64,000 nt of DNA from Candidatus Krumholzibacteriota bacterium (GTDB taxonomy: Bacteria > Krumholzibacteriota > Krumholzibacteriia > JAJRXK01), in contig CAVXTH010000003.1 of the NCBI GenBank assembly GCA_963764625.1, forward strand, positions 1 to 64,000, read 5' to 3'. Numbering within the stretch: position 1 is the first letter of the stretch; every line of letters starts with the position of its first letter. Of the stretch, positions 53,538-63,473 are shown in pieces. Both the position numbers and the translations under genes were made by a program. Under the pieces are notes generated by a model. It made no database searches. It was not told the origin of the DNA and was given only the letters and a program-made list of their open reading frames with translations.

Positions 53538-54821
53538 CTACGAACGCGCCAACAGCACGGCGGCCGCGGTTACGAGAAAGTTCAAGAGGCCAAGCGGAAG
53601 CATGACCTTCCAGCCCAAATTCATGAGCTGATCGTAACGGAAGCGGGGAAGCGTCCAGCGAACCCAGATGAAGAGCCACGAGAAAAAGACCGTCTTCAGG
53701 ATGAAGCTGCCGACCTGAGCCACGGTCGCAAAATTGGCCGAGCCCTGCGCGTTGAGTGCCCACGGGGAGGCCAGAACCAAGAAGCCGAGGCAGCCCATTC
53801 CCAAGAGGAAGAAGACCACTCCGAGAATCAAGGGCTCGAGTTCACGGCGATCGCCGAGCAATCCGCGCTCCTTGTCGAAGCGCCGCCAGAGCAAGGCCGC
53901 GAACAGCAAGTTGAACAGGACCCCGAGGGAGAGGGTGACGGTGAGGAGCATGGGGGCGTGCTCGCGCAAGGTGGCCGTGTCCAGCCAGGGAATCTGCCAA
54001 CCTCCGAAATAGAGACTGGCGATGAATCCAGCCGAGATGATCATGCTCGCGTACTCCGCCATGAAGAAGAGCGCGAACTTCAGGCTGCTGTACTCCAGGT
54101 TGTAGCCCGAAACCAACTCGCTCTCCCCCTCCGCCAGGTCGAAGGGTGTACGATTGGTCTCGGCGAAGACCGCGACCAGGAAGATGATGAAACCCAGCGG
54201 TTGCAGAACCACTCCCCAACGCGGCAGGAATCCCCAGAGAAGTTGCCCCTGTTCCACTACCATCGCGTCCACCCGGGTGGAGCCGTAGACCAGGAACAGC
54301 GCCAGGACGGCCAGCCCCATGTTGAGCTCGTAGGAGATCATCTGCGCGGTGGCCCGGATTCCGCCCAGGAAGGTGTACTTGTTGTTGGAGGCCCATCCCG
54401 CCAACACGATTCCGTACACCCCGAGGCTCGTGATCGCGAGCAGATACAGAATTCCCACGTCGAGATTCGCGATGCGCAACGGGATCACTCTGTCACCCAG
54501 ATACAGTGCATCCCCGAAGGGAAGAATCGCGAAGGTGCAGAGCGAGACCACCATCACCAAGAACGGGGCCAGAGTGTAGAAGAAACGGTTCACTCCGGCG
54601 GGGACGACGTCTTCCTTGAAGATCAGCTTCAACACGTCGGCCAAGGGATGGATCATACCTCCCAGACGGATCACTCCGCCCAGGCTCGCGCGGTTGGGTC
54701 CCACGCGATCCTGAATGAATGCCGCCCCCTTGCGCTCACCCCAGATCATGATTCCCAAGAGGCCCATCACGAAGACCAGCATGAACACGATCTTGCCCAG
54801 AGTCCAAGCCAGTTCAGCCAC
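53538..54821 (-). CDS. nuoH: NADH-quinone oxidoreductase subunit H
   Basis: ERK...IQDRVGPN, AQMISYE, AETNRTPFDLAEGESEL and PRFRYDQLM motifs. Confidence 0.95.
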   Translation of the reverse strand: MAELAWTLGKIVFMLVFVMGLLGIMIWGERKGAAFIQDRVGPNRASLGGVIRLGGMIHPLADVLKLIFKEDVVPAGVNRFFYTLAPFLVMVVSLCTFAILPFGDALYLGDRVIPLRIANLDVGILYLLAITSLGVYGIVLAGWASNNKYTFLGGIRATAQMISYELNMGLAVLALFLVYGSTRVDAMVVEQGQLLWGFLPRWGVVLQPLGFIIFLVAVFAETNRTPFDLAEGESELVSGYNLEYSSLKFALFFMAEYASMIISAGFIASLYFGGWQIPWLDTATLREHAPMLLTVTLSLGVLFNLLFAALLWRRFDKERGLLGDRRELEPLILGVVFFLLGMGCLGFLVLASPWALNAQGSANFATVAQVGSFILKTVFFSWLFIWVRWTLPRFRYDQLMNLGWKVMLPLGLLNFLVTAAAVLLARS

Positions 54822-56406
54822 GCTCCACCTCCTCCACCGTTTCTCCGCGGGAGAGCGAGACCCCGTGGGCCCCAATCCCCCCCGCGATCGCCGCGAACTC
54901 GGGAAGCCGAGCCGAAAGTTCGCTCGTGAGATCGTGGTCGGCACGCCAGGTGGGCGCGTGACCTAGCATCTCGCCCATGCGCGCGATGAGCCGCCAGTTC
55001 TCCTGCGATTGCTTGGGACCGTCGACCGCTTTTTGCAGGGTCTGCGCGCGCTGGTTCCGGTTGACGAAAGTCCCGCTCTTCTCGGCGTAACTCTGGCCGG
55101 CGAGCACGAAATCTGCCCGGGCGGAGGTGGCGTTGTCCCGGCACCCGAGGTAGGCGATGAGACCGAAGCCGTCCAGGGCCTCCGCTGCCGCGGGGGCGAG
55201 GCCCGCCAGATCATTCTCCAGCACGACGAGAAGCGTCTCCTTCGAGGCGAGCGCATGAAGATCTTGCGCCTGAAAACTCGAGTACCCGAGAAGGCGCGCG
55301 CCCGCGTCGTTGGGCGTACGATCGGCCGAGAGAAGGAACTCGTCCGCCTCGTCCATCTCGGCGCCCAGGAGGCGATGCCCGAGCACCGTTCCTCCCACTG
55401 CGTCCTGAAGCAGACTCTTGAGGGCGTAGAGTTCTTCGAGCGTCGCGTGCGGACTTCCCACCAAAACGATTCGTTTCGAGTCGCCGAGCTCTTCGACACG
55501 CCGCTGGAATTCGTTCCACAGGTGGTCCCAACCCACCGGCACCTGCTCACCTTCGGTCTTGACCCGGGGCTCTTGCAGACGATCGTCCCCCTGGACGAGT
55601 CGGTAATGCAGACGTCCCGGATCGCACATCCAGTAGTCGTTCACCTCGAGATTTTCGCGTGGCTGCTGCCGGAAGATCCTGCCTTCGCTATGCCCGATGA
55701 TCATGTTGCACCCGGTGGCGCAGCCGGGACAGATGCTCTGTGTGGTCTTGAGCCGATAGACTCGCTTCTCGAAGCGGAAATCCCGGCTCGTGAGCGCCCC
55801 CACCGGACACAGATCGACCACGTTCAGGCTGTAGTCGTTGTCCAGAGTCAGCCCCGGCGCGACCCCGATTTCGCTGTGGTTGCCGCGGTTGAAGATCCCG
55901 AGTTCGTTCGTCTTGCTGAGGTGCTCGGTGAATCTGGTGCAGCGCGCGCACAACACGCATCGTTCCGCGTCGAGCATCACGTACGGCCCGATGGACTGCA
56001 CCTTTCGCTTGGCGAGCTTGTCTCCCACCTCGATGTCGGCCTCGTAGAGCCCGTATTTCATGTACTGGTCCTGCAGAGCGCACTCGCCCACCTGATCGCA
56101 AATGGGGCAATCGACCGGGTGGTGCAGAAGATGGAATCCCAGGATCTGGCGAACCGTGCTCGCGAGACGCTCGGTGCGAGTGTGCACCACCATTCCCTCA
56201 CGAACCGTCGAGTTGCAGGCGATCTGCAGCTTGGGAACGCCTTCGATCTCGACCTGACACATGCGACAGACTCCGGCGATGGGCAAACCGGGGTGATAGC
56301 AGAAGTGAGGCAGCTTCTCTCCGCCCCGGGCGATCGTGCAGGCTTCGAAGAGGTTCATGCCCGCTTCGAAATCCCATTCCTTGCCGTCGATGGTGATCTT
56401 CGCCAC
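54814..56406 (-). CDS. nuoG: NADH-quinone oxidoreductase subunit G (short form)
   Basis: PHFCYHP...CRMC, HPVDCPICDQ.GEC, CVLCARC, CPVGAL and CPGCATGC motifs. Confidence 0.92.
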   Translation of the reverse strand: MAKITIDGKEWDFEAGMNLFEACTIARGGEKLPHFCYHPGLPIAGVCRMCQVEIEGVPKLQIACNSTVREGMVVHTRTERLASTVRQILGFHLLHHPVDCPICDQVGECALQDQYMKYGLYEADIEVGDKLAKRKVQSIGPYVMLDAERCVLCARCTRFTEHLSKTNELGIFNRGNHSEIGVAPGLTLDNDYSLNVVDLCPVGALTSRDFRFEKRVYRLKTTQSICPGCATGCNMIIGHSEGRIFRQQPRENLEVNDYWMCDPGRLHYRLVQGDDRLQEPRVKTEGEQVPVGWDHLWNEFQRRVEELGDSKRIVLVGSPHATLEELYALKSLLQDAVGGTVLGHRLLGAEMDEADEFLLSADRTPNDAGARLLGYSSFQAQDLHALASKETLLVVLENDLAGLAPAAAEALDGFGLIAYLGCRDNATSARADFVLAGQSYAEKSGTFVNRNQRAQTLQKAVDGPKQSQENWRLIARMGEMLGHAPTWRADHDLTSELSARLPEFAAIAGGIGAHGVSLSRGETVEEVERG

Positions 56407-56415
56407 GTGCGTCTC

Positions 56416-57732
56416 CTAAACTGGGTCCTCGGCGGCCCGAGCGGTGGGCACGAAATCCTCGAGTTCCTCACCCTTGGGCAGAAGCGCCTCGAATTCCTCG
56501 CGGAACTTGCTGATGAAACTGCGCGTGGGCATGACCGCGGCATCGGCCAACACGCAGATCGTGGTGCCCATCATGTTCCCGCAGAGTCTCTCGATGATTT
56601 CGAGATCCCCGGGCCGGCCCTCCCCGTCGAGCATGCGCTGCAGAATCATGTCCAACCAGCCGGTTCCCTCCCGGCAGGGGGTGCATTGTCCGCAACTCTC
56701 GTGGTGATAGAACTGGAGGAGCACCTTCAGGATCTCGGGCATCTTGGCGTCGTCTCCGATCACGATGCACCCGCCCGAACCGAGCATGGTGCCCAGCTCC
56801 GCCAGCGACTCGTAATCGAGCATGGCCGCCATGGTCTCCTCGGCGTTGAGAATCGGCACCGAGGAGCCTCCGGGAATCGAAGCCTTCAGTTCGATTCCGG
56901 GCAACATTCCCTGACCGTATTCTTGACCGAAGATGAGTTCGCGCAGGGGCAGGCCCAACGGAACTTCGTAGACTCCCGGACGCTTCACCGGTCCGCTCAA
57001 ACTGAAGAGCTTCGTACCAGGGCTCTTGTCGGTGCCAATCGCCCGGTACGCATCCGCGCCGTGGCGAATGATCCACGGCACCGACGCGATGGTCTCCACG
57101 TTGTTGACGACGGTGGGAGAATCGAGAAAGCCGACCAGGGCGGGGAATGGCGGTTTGATGCGCGGCTGGCCCTTCTTGCCCTCGAGACTGTTGATGAGTC
57201 CAGTTTCCTCGCCGCAGATGTACGCGCCGGCGCCCTTGTGCACGATGACTTCGAGTTCATAAGCGGTGCCGAGAATGTTCTTGCCCAGAAGATTCGCCTC
57301 GTAGGCCTCATCCACCGCCTGCTGCACCCGGTCGACGAGCCAACCGTACTCCCCACGGATGTAGATGAACGCGTCGTTGCAGCTCACCGCGTAGCTGGAG
57401 AGGATGATCCCCTCGATCATCTTGTGGGGATCGTAGTCGAGGATGTCGCGGTCCTTGAAAGTTCCCGGTTCGGATTCGTCGGCGTTGACCAGAAGGTAGA
57501 CCGGCTTGGCGGAATTCTGCGGTACGAACCCCCACTTCACGCCGGTGGGAAATCCCGCGCCCCCACGTCCGCGCAGACCGCTCTCCTTCACCACTTTCAT
57601 CACGTCCTGGGGTTGCATCGTCTTGAGGGCCTTCTCGACCATCTCGTAGCCGCCGCGGGAACGATACACCTGCAGGGTATGACTGCCCTCGACACCCATG
57701 TTGTCGAGCAGGATCTTCGGAAAGTCACTCAC
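56416..57732 (-). CDS. nuoF: NADH-quinone oxidoreductase subunit F
   Basis: GRGGAGFPTG, NADESEPGTFKD, GAGAYICGEET and ESCGQCTPCREG motifs. Confidence 0.96.
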   Translation of the reverse strand: MSDFPKILLDNMGVEGSHTLQVYRSRGGYEMVEKALKTMQPQDVMKVVKESGLRGRGGAGFPTGVKWGFVPQNSAKPVYLLVNADESEPGTFKDRDILDYDPHKMIEGIILSSYAVSCNDAFIYIRGEYGWLVDRVQQAVDEAYEANLLGKNILGTAYELEVIVHKGAGAYICGEETGLINSLEGKKGQPRIKPPFPALVGFLDSPTVVNNVETIASVPWIIRHGADAYRAIGTDKSPGTKLFSLSGPVKRPGVYEVPLGLPLRELIFGQEYGQGMLPGIELKASIPGGSSVPILNAEETMAAMLDYESLAELGTMLGSGGCIVIGDDAKMPEILKVLLQFYHHESCGQCTPCREGTGWLDMILQRMLDGEGRPGDLEIIERLCGNMMGTTICVLADAAVMPTRSFISKFREEFEALLPKGEELEDFVPTARAAEDPV

Positions 57733-58294
57733 TCTTATCCCACTCCTCGATGAGTGCGTCCACTTTCTCCACCGTCAGGTTCTCGTAGTAACGGTCGCCG
57801 ACCTGCATCATGGGTCCGTACCCGCAAGCGCCGAGACACTCGGCCTCCTCCAGACGCCATTTTCCGTCGCTCGAAGTCTGGCCCACTTCGAGTGAGAGGT
57901 GGTCCTTGATGTGGTCGATGATCTTTCTCGCCCCCATGAGATGGCAGCTGATGTTGCGGCAGACCTGCAGGTTGTAACGTCCCGGATCCTCGGTGTAATA
58001 CATGGTGTAGAAGGTGATGAGTTCGTATACGCGGGTCACCGGCACTTCCAGGCGCAGGGCGACCCACTCCGGCACGCCCGGCCGCAGCCAACCCCATTCG
58101 GCCTGGCACAGCCAGAGCGTGGGCATGATGGCGCTGGTGCGCGTGGGATAGCGGCGCACGATCTCCTGGAACTTCTCTTCGCGCTCCGTACTGAAGGCAA
58201 AGCCGTCCGGGGCCGTCGGGCCGGCAGCGTTCTCGGTGGCGGCGCTGGTTTCCGCCGCTTCGACGCCCTCGTTCGTTTCCTGGTTCTCGCTCAT
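57725..58294 (-). CDS. nuoE: NADH-quinone oxidoreductase subunit E
   Basis: TFYTMY, VCRNISC and ECLGAC motifs. Confidence 0.95.
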   Translation of the reverse strand: MSENQETNEGVEAAETSAATENAAGPTAPDGFAFSTEREEKFQEIVRRYPTRTSAIMPTLWLCQAEWGWLRPGVPEWVALRLEVPVTRVYELITFYTMYYTEDPGRYNLQVCRNISCHLMGARKIIDHIKDHLSLEVGQTSSDGKWRLEEAECLGACGYGPMMQVGDRYYENLTVEKVDALIEEWDKSE

Positions 58295-60042
58295 CGATCC
58301 AACTCTCCAGCGACGATATTCAGTCCACCCAGAATGGCGACGGCATCGGGCACCATCAAGCCCTTGGTGAGCGTGGGAAAGGACGAAAATATGGGGAAGC
58401 AGGGCGGGCGAACCTTCACCCGGTAGGGATGCCCCGAACCGTCACTCACGCAGTAGAATCCCAACTCACCGTTGGCGGCCTCGGTGAAGCCATAGGCCTC
58501 ACCCTTGGGGATGAGGATGCCCTCGAAGATCAGTTTGAAGTGGTTCATCATCCCCTCGATGGAGTTGTAGACCTCGTCCTTGGGGGGCAACACGCAGCGC
58601 CGATCCTCGGCCTGGATGGGACCGCCGGGCAGATTCTCCACCGCCTGCTGGATGATGGAAATCGATTGATAGATCTCCTCGATTCTCACCATGATGCGAT
58701 CGTAGGCGTCGCCGTTCTCTCCCACCGGGATGTCGAACTCGTAGTTCTCGAAGCCCGAATAGGGGAAGGCCTTTCGCACGTCGTACGGTACGCCGCTGGC
58801 GCGTAGACACGGACCGGTGTAACCCCAGCTCACCGCGTCCTTCGCGTTTATCACGCCCACGCCGACCGTCCGATCCATCAGAATTCGATTGCGCTGCACC
58901 AACCCCATCATGTCGTTGACGCCCGCTTCCACCTTGGGCAAAGCGGCTAAGAGGTCGCGTTCGAATCCCTCGTAGAGATCGCGGTAGAGCCCGCCGATCC
59001 GCGTGTAGCTGGTGGTGAGACGTTCGCCACACAGACGCTCTACGATGTCGTACAGATATTCACGTGCGTTCCAGGTGTACCAGTAGTTGGTGAGAGCGCC
59101 GATATCGACCAGGTTGGTGCCAGTGCACACCAGGTGGTCCATGATGCGCCCCATCTCGCTCACGATGACGCGGATCGCCTGCGCACGCGGAGGAATCTCC
59201 ACCCCCAACAGCTTCTCCACCGCGAGCACGTAGCCCACGTTGTTGGTCAAGGCGCTCACGTAGTTCAGGCGGTCGGTGTAGGGAATCACCTGGTGCCAGG
59301 TGTGATCCTCGGCCTCCTTTTCGAAGCAGCGGTGAAGATACCCGATCTCCGCCTTGCTGCTCACGATGGTTTCCCCGTCGAGAAGCGCTTCGATCCGGAG
59401 TGCGCCGTGCGTCGCCGGGTGGCTCGGACCGATGTTCACCGGGAGATAGTCGGAGTGCATCTCATCGCTGAGCTGGACCCCCATCGTGCCTTCCCAACCG
59501 CCCTCATTGCTCCAGTGTCCCTCGTGGGCGGATTCGCGACCGGGAAGCACTTCCTCGTCGGTGAGGAGCTTCTCGACCGTGTAGCACATCTGACCCTTTT
59601 CGATTGGGTAGTCCTTGCGCAGCGCGTTGCCCTTGAACTCGTGGTGGCAGAGCAGACGCCGCAGGTCGGGATGACCGGAGAACTTCACCCCAAAGAGATC
59701 GAAGACTTCCCGCTCGTGCCAGTTCGCCGAGTTGAAGAGTCCGCTGGCCGAGGGAACCGCTTCGTTCTCGTCGACCCGCGTCCTCAGGCGGATGCGATGG
59801 CCGTGCTGCAGGCTGCGCAGATTGTAGATCACTTCGAAGCGCTTCTCGCGCTCCGGGAAATCCACCCCGATGACGTCCAGGAGCAGATCGCAATCGCACT
59901 GCGGATCGTCGCGCAGAAAGCGCAGGACGGCGGGAAGATCGGCCGGCGCTACGTCGATGCTGCTGTCTTTTAGAGTGTCGCTGGACGAGAGGATCTTCTC
60001 GCCGAATTCCCCCTGGACCAGCTCAGACAGTCTTCTGGACAC
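58291..60042 (-). CDS. nuoCD: NADH-quinone oxidoreductase fused subunit C/D
   Basis: NuoC motifs ANWHEREVFDLFG and LRKDYP, followed in frame by NuoD motifs NIGPSHPATHG, GYLHRCFEK, DRLNY and GELDR. Confidence 0.94.
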   Translation of the reverse strand: MSRRLSELVQGEFGEKILSSSDTLKDSSIDVAPADLPAVLRFLRDDPQCDCDLLLDVIGVDFPEREKRFEVIYNLRSLQHGHRIRLRTRVDENEAVPSASGLFNSANWHEREVFDLFGVKFSGHPDLRRLLCHHEFKGNALRKDYPIEKGQMCYTVEKLLTDEEVLPGRESAHEGHWSNEGGWEGTMGVQLSDEMHSDYLPVNIGPSHPATHGALRIEALLDGETIVSSKAEIGYLHRCFEKEAEDHTWHQVIPYTDRLNYVSALTNNVGYVLAVEKLLGVEIPPRAQAIRVIVSEMGRIMDHLVCTGTNLVDIGALTNYWYTWNAREYLYDIVERLCGERLTTSYTRIGGLYRDLYEGFERDLLAALPKVEAGVNDMMGLVQRNRILMDRTVGVGVINAKDAVSWGYTGPCLRASGVPYDVRKAFPYSGFENYEFDIPVGENGDAYDRIMVRIEEIYQSISIIQQAVENLPGGPIQAEDRRCVLPPKDEVYNSIEGMMNHFKLIFEGILIPKGEAYGFTEAANGELGFYCVSDGSGHPYRVKVRPPCFPIFSSFPTLTKGLMVPDAVAILGGLNIVAGELDR

Positions 60043-60529
60043 GATGACGCTCCTTGGCGGCTTCCACTCCCTCACGCTCGATCTTCTTCTGAAGTTGGAC
60101 CAGCGCGCTGAGCAAATTCTCGGGCGTGGGCGGACAGCCCGCGACGTAGAGATCGACCGGAATGATCCGATCGATTCCCTGCAGAGTGCCGTAGTTGTTG
60201 TAGAAACCACCCGAGCTGGCGCAGACCCCCATGGCGATGACCCACTTGGGTTCGGCCATCTGCTCGTAGATGCGCTTGAGGATCGGCGCTTGCTTGTAGG
60301 AAATCGTTCCCGCCACCAGGAGCAAATCGCTCTGCCGCGGACTGAAGCGCACTGCCTCGGCCCCGAAGCGAGAAATGTCCGACATCGACCCCACGACGCC
60401 CATGAATTCGATGGCGCAGCAGGCCGTGCCGAACGGCATGGGCCACAGACTGTACTTTCTGCCCCAATTCAGCGCGTGTCGAAGACTAGTGGTGATGTAG
60501 TTGGAAGGATGATCGAGACTCACTCCCAT
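60023..60529 (-). CDS. nuoB: NADH-quinone oxidoreductase subunit B
   Basis: GTACCAIE, SPRQSD, MGVCASSGG and GCPP motifs. Confidence 0.96.
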   Translation of the reverse strand: MGVSLDHPSNYITTSLRHALNWGRKYSLWPMPFGTACCAIEFMGVVGSMSDISRFGAEAVRFSPRQSDLLLVAGTISYKQAPILKRIYEQMAEPKWVIAMGVCASSGGFYNNYGTLQGIDRIIPVDLYVAGCPPTPENLLSALVQLQKKIEREGVEAAKERHRVQKTV

Positions 60530-60888
60530 TCCAACGCCCCCTTCTTCCATTCATAGAGGAGTCCAACCACTAGGAGCAGGAAAAACGCGATCATGGCAAG
60601 GAAGAGTTGCATGCCGGCGCCCATCTCGACGAAAGAGCGAAAGTTGACGGCCCAGGGCACCAGAAATACCGTCTCGAGATCGAAAAGAAGGAAAAGAAGG
60701 GCAACCACGTAGAAGCGAACGAAGAACCTGACCTGGGTGTTTCCGCGGCTGGGAACCCCGCACTCGTAGGTGGTCAGCTTTCCCGGGGTTTCGTTGCGGG
60801 GACCCAGGACACGCGAAAGAACGACGAAGAACAGGCTGAAAGCGGTCGCGATCCCCACTACCAGGAGAATGGGAAAATAGTCGTTCAT
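60520..60888 (-). CDS. nuoA: NADH-quinone oxidoreductase subunit A
   Basis: YECG, FDLE and YEWKKGALEW motifs. Confidence 0.96.
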   Translation of the reverse strand: MNDYFPILLVVGIATAFSLFFVVLSRVLGPRNETPGKLTTYECGVPSRGNTQVRFFVRFYVVALLFLLFDLETVFLVPWAVNFRSFVEMGAGMQLFLAMIAFFLLLVVGLLYEWKKGALEWE

Positions 60889-61021
60889 CGTGGACGCACT
60901 CCGTCAATCGTGGGGACGGGAAGCCGGGATTCAGGGGTCGCCCCACCCCGTGCCCGACGAAACTCATCCGGTGCAGAGCCAATGCACAGCCAATGCACAG
61001 GATAGCTGCTTGCGGGGCGCA

Positions 61022-61050
61022 AACCTATACATCATACAGAAGGAAGTCAA
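61022..61050 (-). promoter_or_regulatory. Sigma70-type promoter of the nuo operon
   Basis: Minus strand TTGACT-N17-TAGGTT in an AT-rich patch. Confidence 0.6.
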
Positions 61051-61084
61051 CTCAAGCCCACGGCCCTCCCCCGGTCCCCCGCGC

Positions 61085-62548
61085 ATGCATTCTACCTCCT
61101 TGAGCATCCCCCTCACCCTCGATCCCCTGCAGGCGGCCCGGGGACTGGCCGCGTGTCCCGGGACGCTTCTCTTGCACACCCAGCGTCCCTGGGGAAGCTA
61201 CCGGCGGTCCGCTCTGCTCTTCTCCCCGCGCTGGATCCTGCGGCAGCGCGCCGGACAGCCGCCACACTGGTCGGGAGAGGTCCCCGCTCCGAAGCCCCCG
61301 GCCCTTTCCACGGACCGGCTGGTGGGAGATCTGGCCGCTCTGTGGCCCAGAGAGCCCTTTCTTCAGGCCCCTTTCACCGGCCTGGCCGGCTGCCTGAGCT
61401 TCGAGTTGGGGAGCGCCCGCGTCAACGCCCGGCCCGGCGCCCCTCCACCCTTCCATTTCCCCGACGCCTGGATCGGCGCCTACGACCTGGCCCTGGTCTT
61501 CGGCCCCGGGGAGACTCCGCGGCTCGTCGTCTCCGACCTGTACCCCGTGGTGCCCCGGCGCACGAAGCTGACCGGGGCGGCCAAAACCCAGCCGCTGCGC
61601 GCCCGCGCCGAGGAGGCCCTCGAGCGCTTGCACGCGGCCACCGCGATCGGCGCCCAAGCGTCGAAAGGATCGATCCCTCCCACTCCACCCTCGGCGGGCC
61701 GCACCGCTTCGCTGGAGTTCTTCGACGCGCGGTGGCACGAGGGCGCGGTCGACCGGGTAAAGCGGTATCTGCGCGCGGGGGAGGTCTACCAGGTCAACCT
61801 GACGGGAATGGCGACCGCCCGCGCGAGCGTTTCTCCCTTCGAGGCTTTCCTCGATCAGGCGAAGCGCAACCCGGTGCCGTTCGCGGCCTACCTGAATGCG
61901 GGGGAAGCCGTGATCTGTTCGCATTCCCCCGAACTCTTGCTTTCGCTCGACGGCGAGCGCGCCGAAACCGCGCCGATCAAGGGGACGAGAGTGGAGTCGC
62001 TGGGCGACCTCGAAGCTCTCCATCGCAGCGACAAGGACCGCGCCGAGCACGTGATGATCGTCGACCTGTGCCGCAACGATCTGGGGATCACGGCGAAGTA
62101 TGGTACGGTCAGGGTCGAGGAGTTCATGCAACCCCTTCGCCTGCACCATCTCGTGCACCTGGTGAGCCGCATCACGGCCACCATTCCCCGAGAGCGCCAA
62201 GCTCGCTTGCTCAGCGATCTCTTTCCGGGAGGAAGCGTGACGGGCGCTCCCAAACGACGCGCGATCGAGATCATCTCGCAGCTCGAACTCAGCGCGCGTG
62301 GTCCCTACACCGGGAGTCTCGGATTCTGGGACCGGAGCGGCCGCGCCCTCTGGAACATCGCCATCCGCACCGCGGTATGGCAGGAGCAAACCGTCTCCTT
62401 TGGGTGCGGAGGGGGGATCGTGCTCGACAGCGATCCGGCCCACGAGTACCAGGAGGCCGTATTGAAGGCCCGCTCGTTCTTTGATACCTTGAATGCTCTC
62501 GGTGCGCAGGATCCTCACGCGAGGCCCGTGGCCCAACAAGGAGCATGA
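61085..62548 (+). CDS. pabB: Aminodeoxychorismate synthase component I (anthranilate synthase I family)
   Basis: YQVNL, SPEL, PIKGT, KDRAEHVMIVDL.RND, FPGGSVTGAPK and GGGIV.DS motifs. Coupled to a class IV aminotransferase. Confidence 0.75.
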   Translation: MHSTSLSIPLTLDPLQAARGLAACPGTLLLHTQRPWGSYRRSALLFSPRWILRQRAGQPPHWSGEVPAPKPPALSTDRLVGDLAALWPREPFLQAPFTGLAGCLSFELGSARVNARPGAPPPFHFPDAWIGAYDLALVFGPGETPRLVVSDLYPVVPRRTKLTGAAKTQPLRARAEEALERLHAATAIGAQASKGSIPPTPPSAGRTASLEFFDARWHEGAVDRVKRYLRAGEVYQVNLTGMATARASVSPFEAFLDQAKRNPVPFAAYLNAGEAVICSHSPELLLSLDGERAETAPIKGTRVESLGDLEALHRSDKDRAEHVMIVDLCRNDLGITAKYGTVRVEEFMQPLRLHHLVHLVSRITATIPRERQARLLSDLFPGGSVTGAPKRRAIEIISQLELSARGPYTGSLGFWDRSGRALWNIAIRTAVWQEQTVSFGCGGGIVLDSDPAHEYQEAVLKARSFFDTLNALGAQDPHARPVAQQGA

Positions 62549-63432
62549 TGAAAGTCCACCTCAATGGCGAACTCGTCGAAGCCGAGGAGGCGCGGGTCTC
62601 TCCATTCGACGCCGGCTATCTCTACGGCGACGGGCTCTTCGACACCCTGCGGAGCTATCGCGGATTCATCTATCTGCTCGCCGAGCACGTGCAACGATTG
62701 GCGCGCGAAGCGGAGCTCTTACAGATTCCCTTCGACCCGTCTCCGGGAACCTGGGACCACCTCATCGGCGAAGTTCTCGACGCGAACGACCTCAAAGGGG
62801 TGGACGCGCGGGTGCGCATCCAGGTCAGCCGCGGCGGCGGACCGCAAACCGATCACGTGCAGGTCGACCCCGAGCAGATGCAACCGTTGGTTTTCATCTT
62901 CGCCACTCGGGTCTCCGACCAGATCCAAGCCCTGCAGACCCGCGGCGCGCGCATCCTCTCGATGCAGAGCACTTTCGCTCGCGGCAATTTTCCGCAGATC
63001 AAGTCGCTCAACTATCTGCCCAGCATCATGGCCCTTCGTTTCGCGCGCGCCCGCGGCTTCGACGAGGCGTGCCTGCTCAACCGCCAAAACAAGGTCCTGG
63101 AGTGCGCCTCGTCCAACATCTTCCTGGTGAAGGGCAAAGTCCTCCGCACTCCCTCGCGGCGCCTGGGAATTCTGCCGGGAATCACCCGCGGAAGAGTGCT
63201 GCAGCTGGCGGAGGAATTGGGCCTGAAAGCCGAAGAGGCCGCCAGCGAGCTGCGCGACCTGGTGACCGCGGACGAGGTCTTCCTCACCGGTTCCGTGAAA
63301 GAGATCGTCCCCGTGGTGGGTCTGGACGAAGGTCCCATCGCCGGCGGCACGGCCGGAGAGTGGACGCGCCGCCTGCAGGACGCCTACCACCAAGACATCC
63401 AGCTGACCCGCGGCGCGCAGGCGACGGGTTGA
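62545..63432 (+). CDS. Class IV PLP-dependent aminotransferase (likely ADC lyase PabC; IlvE-like)
   Basis: YGDGLF, H..RL, KSLNY, EC..SNIF, ILPGITR and ADEVFLT motifs. Confidence 0.85.
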   Translation: MMKVHLNGELVEAEEARVSPFDAGYLYGDGLFDTLRSYRGFIYLLAEHVQRLAREAELLQIPFDPSPGTWDHLIGEVLDANDLKGVDARVRIQVSRGGGPQTDHVQVDPEQMQPLVFIFATRVSDQIQALQTRGARILSMQSTFARGNFPQIKSLNYLPSIMALRFARARGFDEACLLNRQNKVLECASSNIFLVKGKVLRTPSRRLGILPGITRGRVLQLAEELGLKAEEAASELRDLVTADEVFLTGSVKEIVPVVGLDEGPIAGGTAGEWTRRLQDAYHQDIQLTRGAQATG

Positions 63433-63435
63433 GCG

Positions 63436-63464
63436 AAGCCCCGGCCACACCGTGACCGGGGCTT
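63436..63464. terminator. Hairpin between convergent genes (possible bidirectional terminator)
   Basis: AAGCCCCGG...CCGGGGCTT. Confidence 0.6.
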
Positions 63465-63473
63465 TGGAGATTC

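Noticed and set aside
49431-57753. Very long plus-strand ORFs (1063, 538 and 914 aa) opposite the nuo genes
   Set aside because: These are antisense shadow ORFs expected from high-GC codon bias, with no recognisable motifs. The same applies to most overlapping ORFs in the track.
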